This document shows, in pieces, positions 28,450 through 28,677 of a DNA stretch of 28,677 bases. The translations under genes were made by a program, and so were the position numbers. This DNA is from Promethearchaeota archaeon (GTDB lineage Archaea > Asgardarchaeota > Lokiarchaeia > Sigyniarchaeales > SOKP01). Each line of letters begins with the position of its first letter. Within the stretch, counting starts at the first letter, position 1. The stretch spans positions 1 to 28,677 of the forward strand of contig JBHLME010000054.1 of the NCBI GenBank assembly GCA_048938445.1, read 5' to 3'. The notes beneath the pieces were generated by a model that was not told the origin of the DNA, searched no databases, and saw only the letters and a program-made list of their open reading frames with translations.

Positions 28450-28677
28450 TAAATTTCCCTTTAAGAAATTCTATATTTATTTTCCTTAATAAAATGAAAA
28501 AAAATTTTTTACTTAATTGGATTTTATTTTTGATCAAGTTTTCAATAGTTAAAACTTCAATAAGGTTTTTTCTGATCGGAAAGATATATAAATACAATAA
28601 ATTGAGATAATAATGAAACGATATTAAAAAATAAAAAACATATAGTTAGTTAAAGTTTCAAAGAGGGCAATATATGC

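Noticed and set aside
1-28677. tRNA, rRNA, transposase or integrase genes
   Set aside because: None recognisable by eye on either strand.

Overview
AT-rich archaeal window. The protein families (tandem beta-helix surface protein, LRR protein, archaeal-type HisF insertion, FwdA, oligo-T terminators) suggest an Asgard/Lokiarchaeota-like host; this is an inference. The left half carries an AlkZ-like gene, two tandem hisF paralogues plus hisH, a 988-aa surface glycoprotein, two convergent purF paralogues, mobA, a flavodoxin, a methyltransferase, two DUF998 genes and small hypotheticals. The right half is accessory-looking: an orphan ORF, an LRR protein, an AlbA_2/Schlafen-type protein, a 1.3-kb structured non-coding region, a solitary fwdA, and a 2-kb module. 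Main observations: (1) seven degenerate copies of an 18-bp palindrome (consensus ATAGGTCAGCTGACCTAT) at about 48-bp periodicity, followed by two inverted ~63-bp units around an AT-rich core; (2) a 73-bp second copy of the fwdA 3' end 1999 bp downstream, bracketing a toxin-antitoxin cassette, with each copy followed by a paralogous membrane gene; (3) the extra hisF and extra purF have both lost residues linked to glutamine use.
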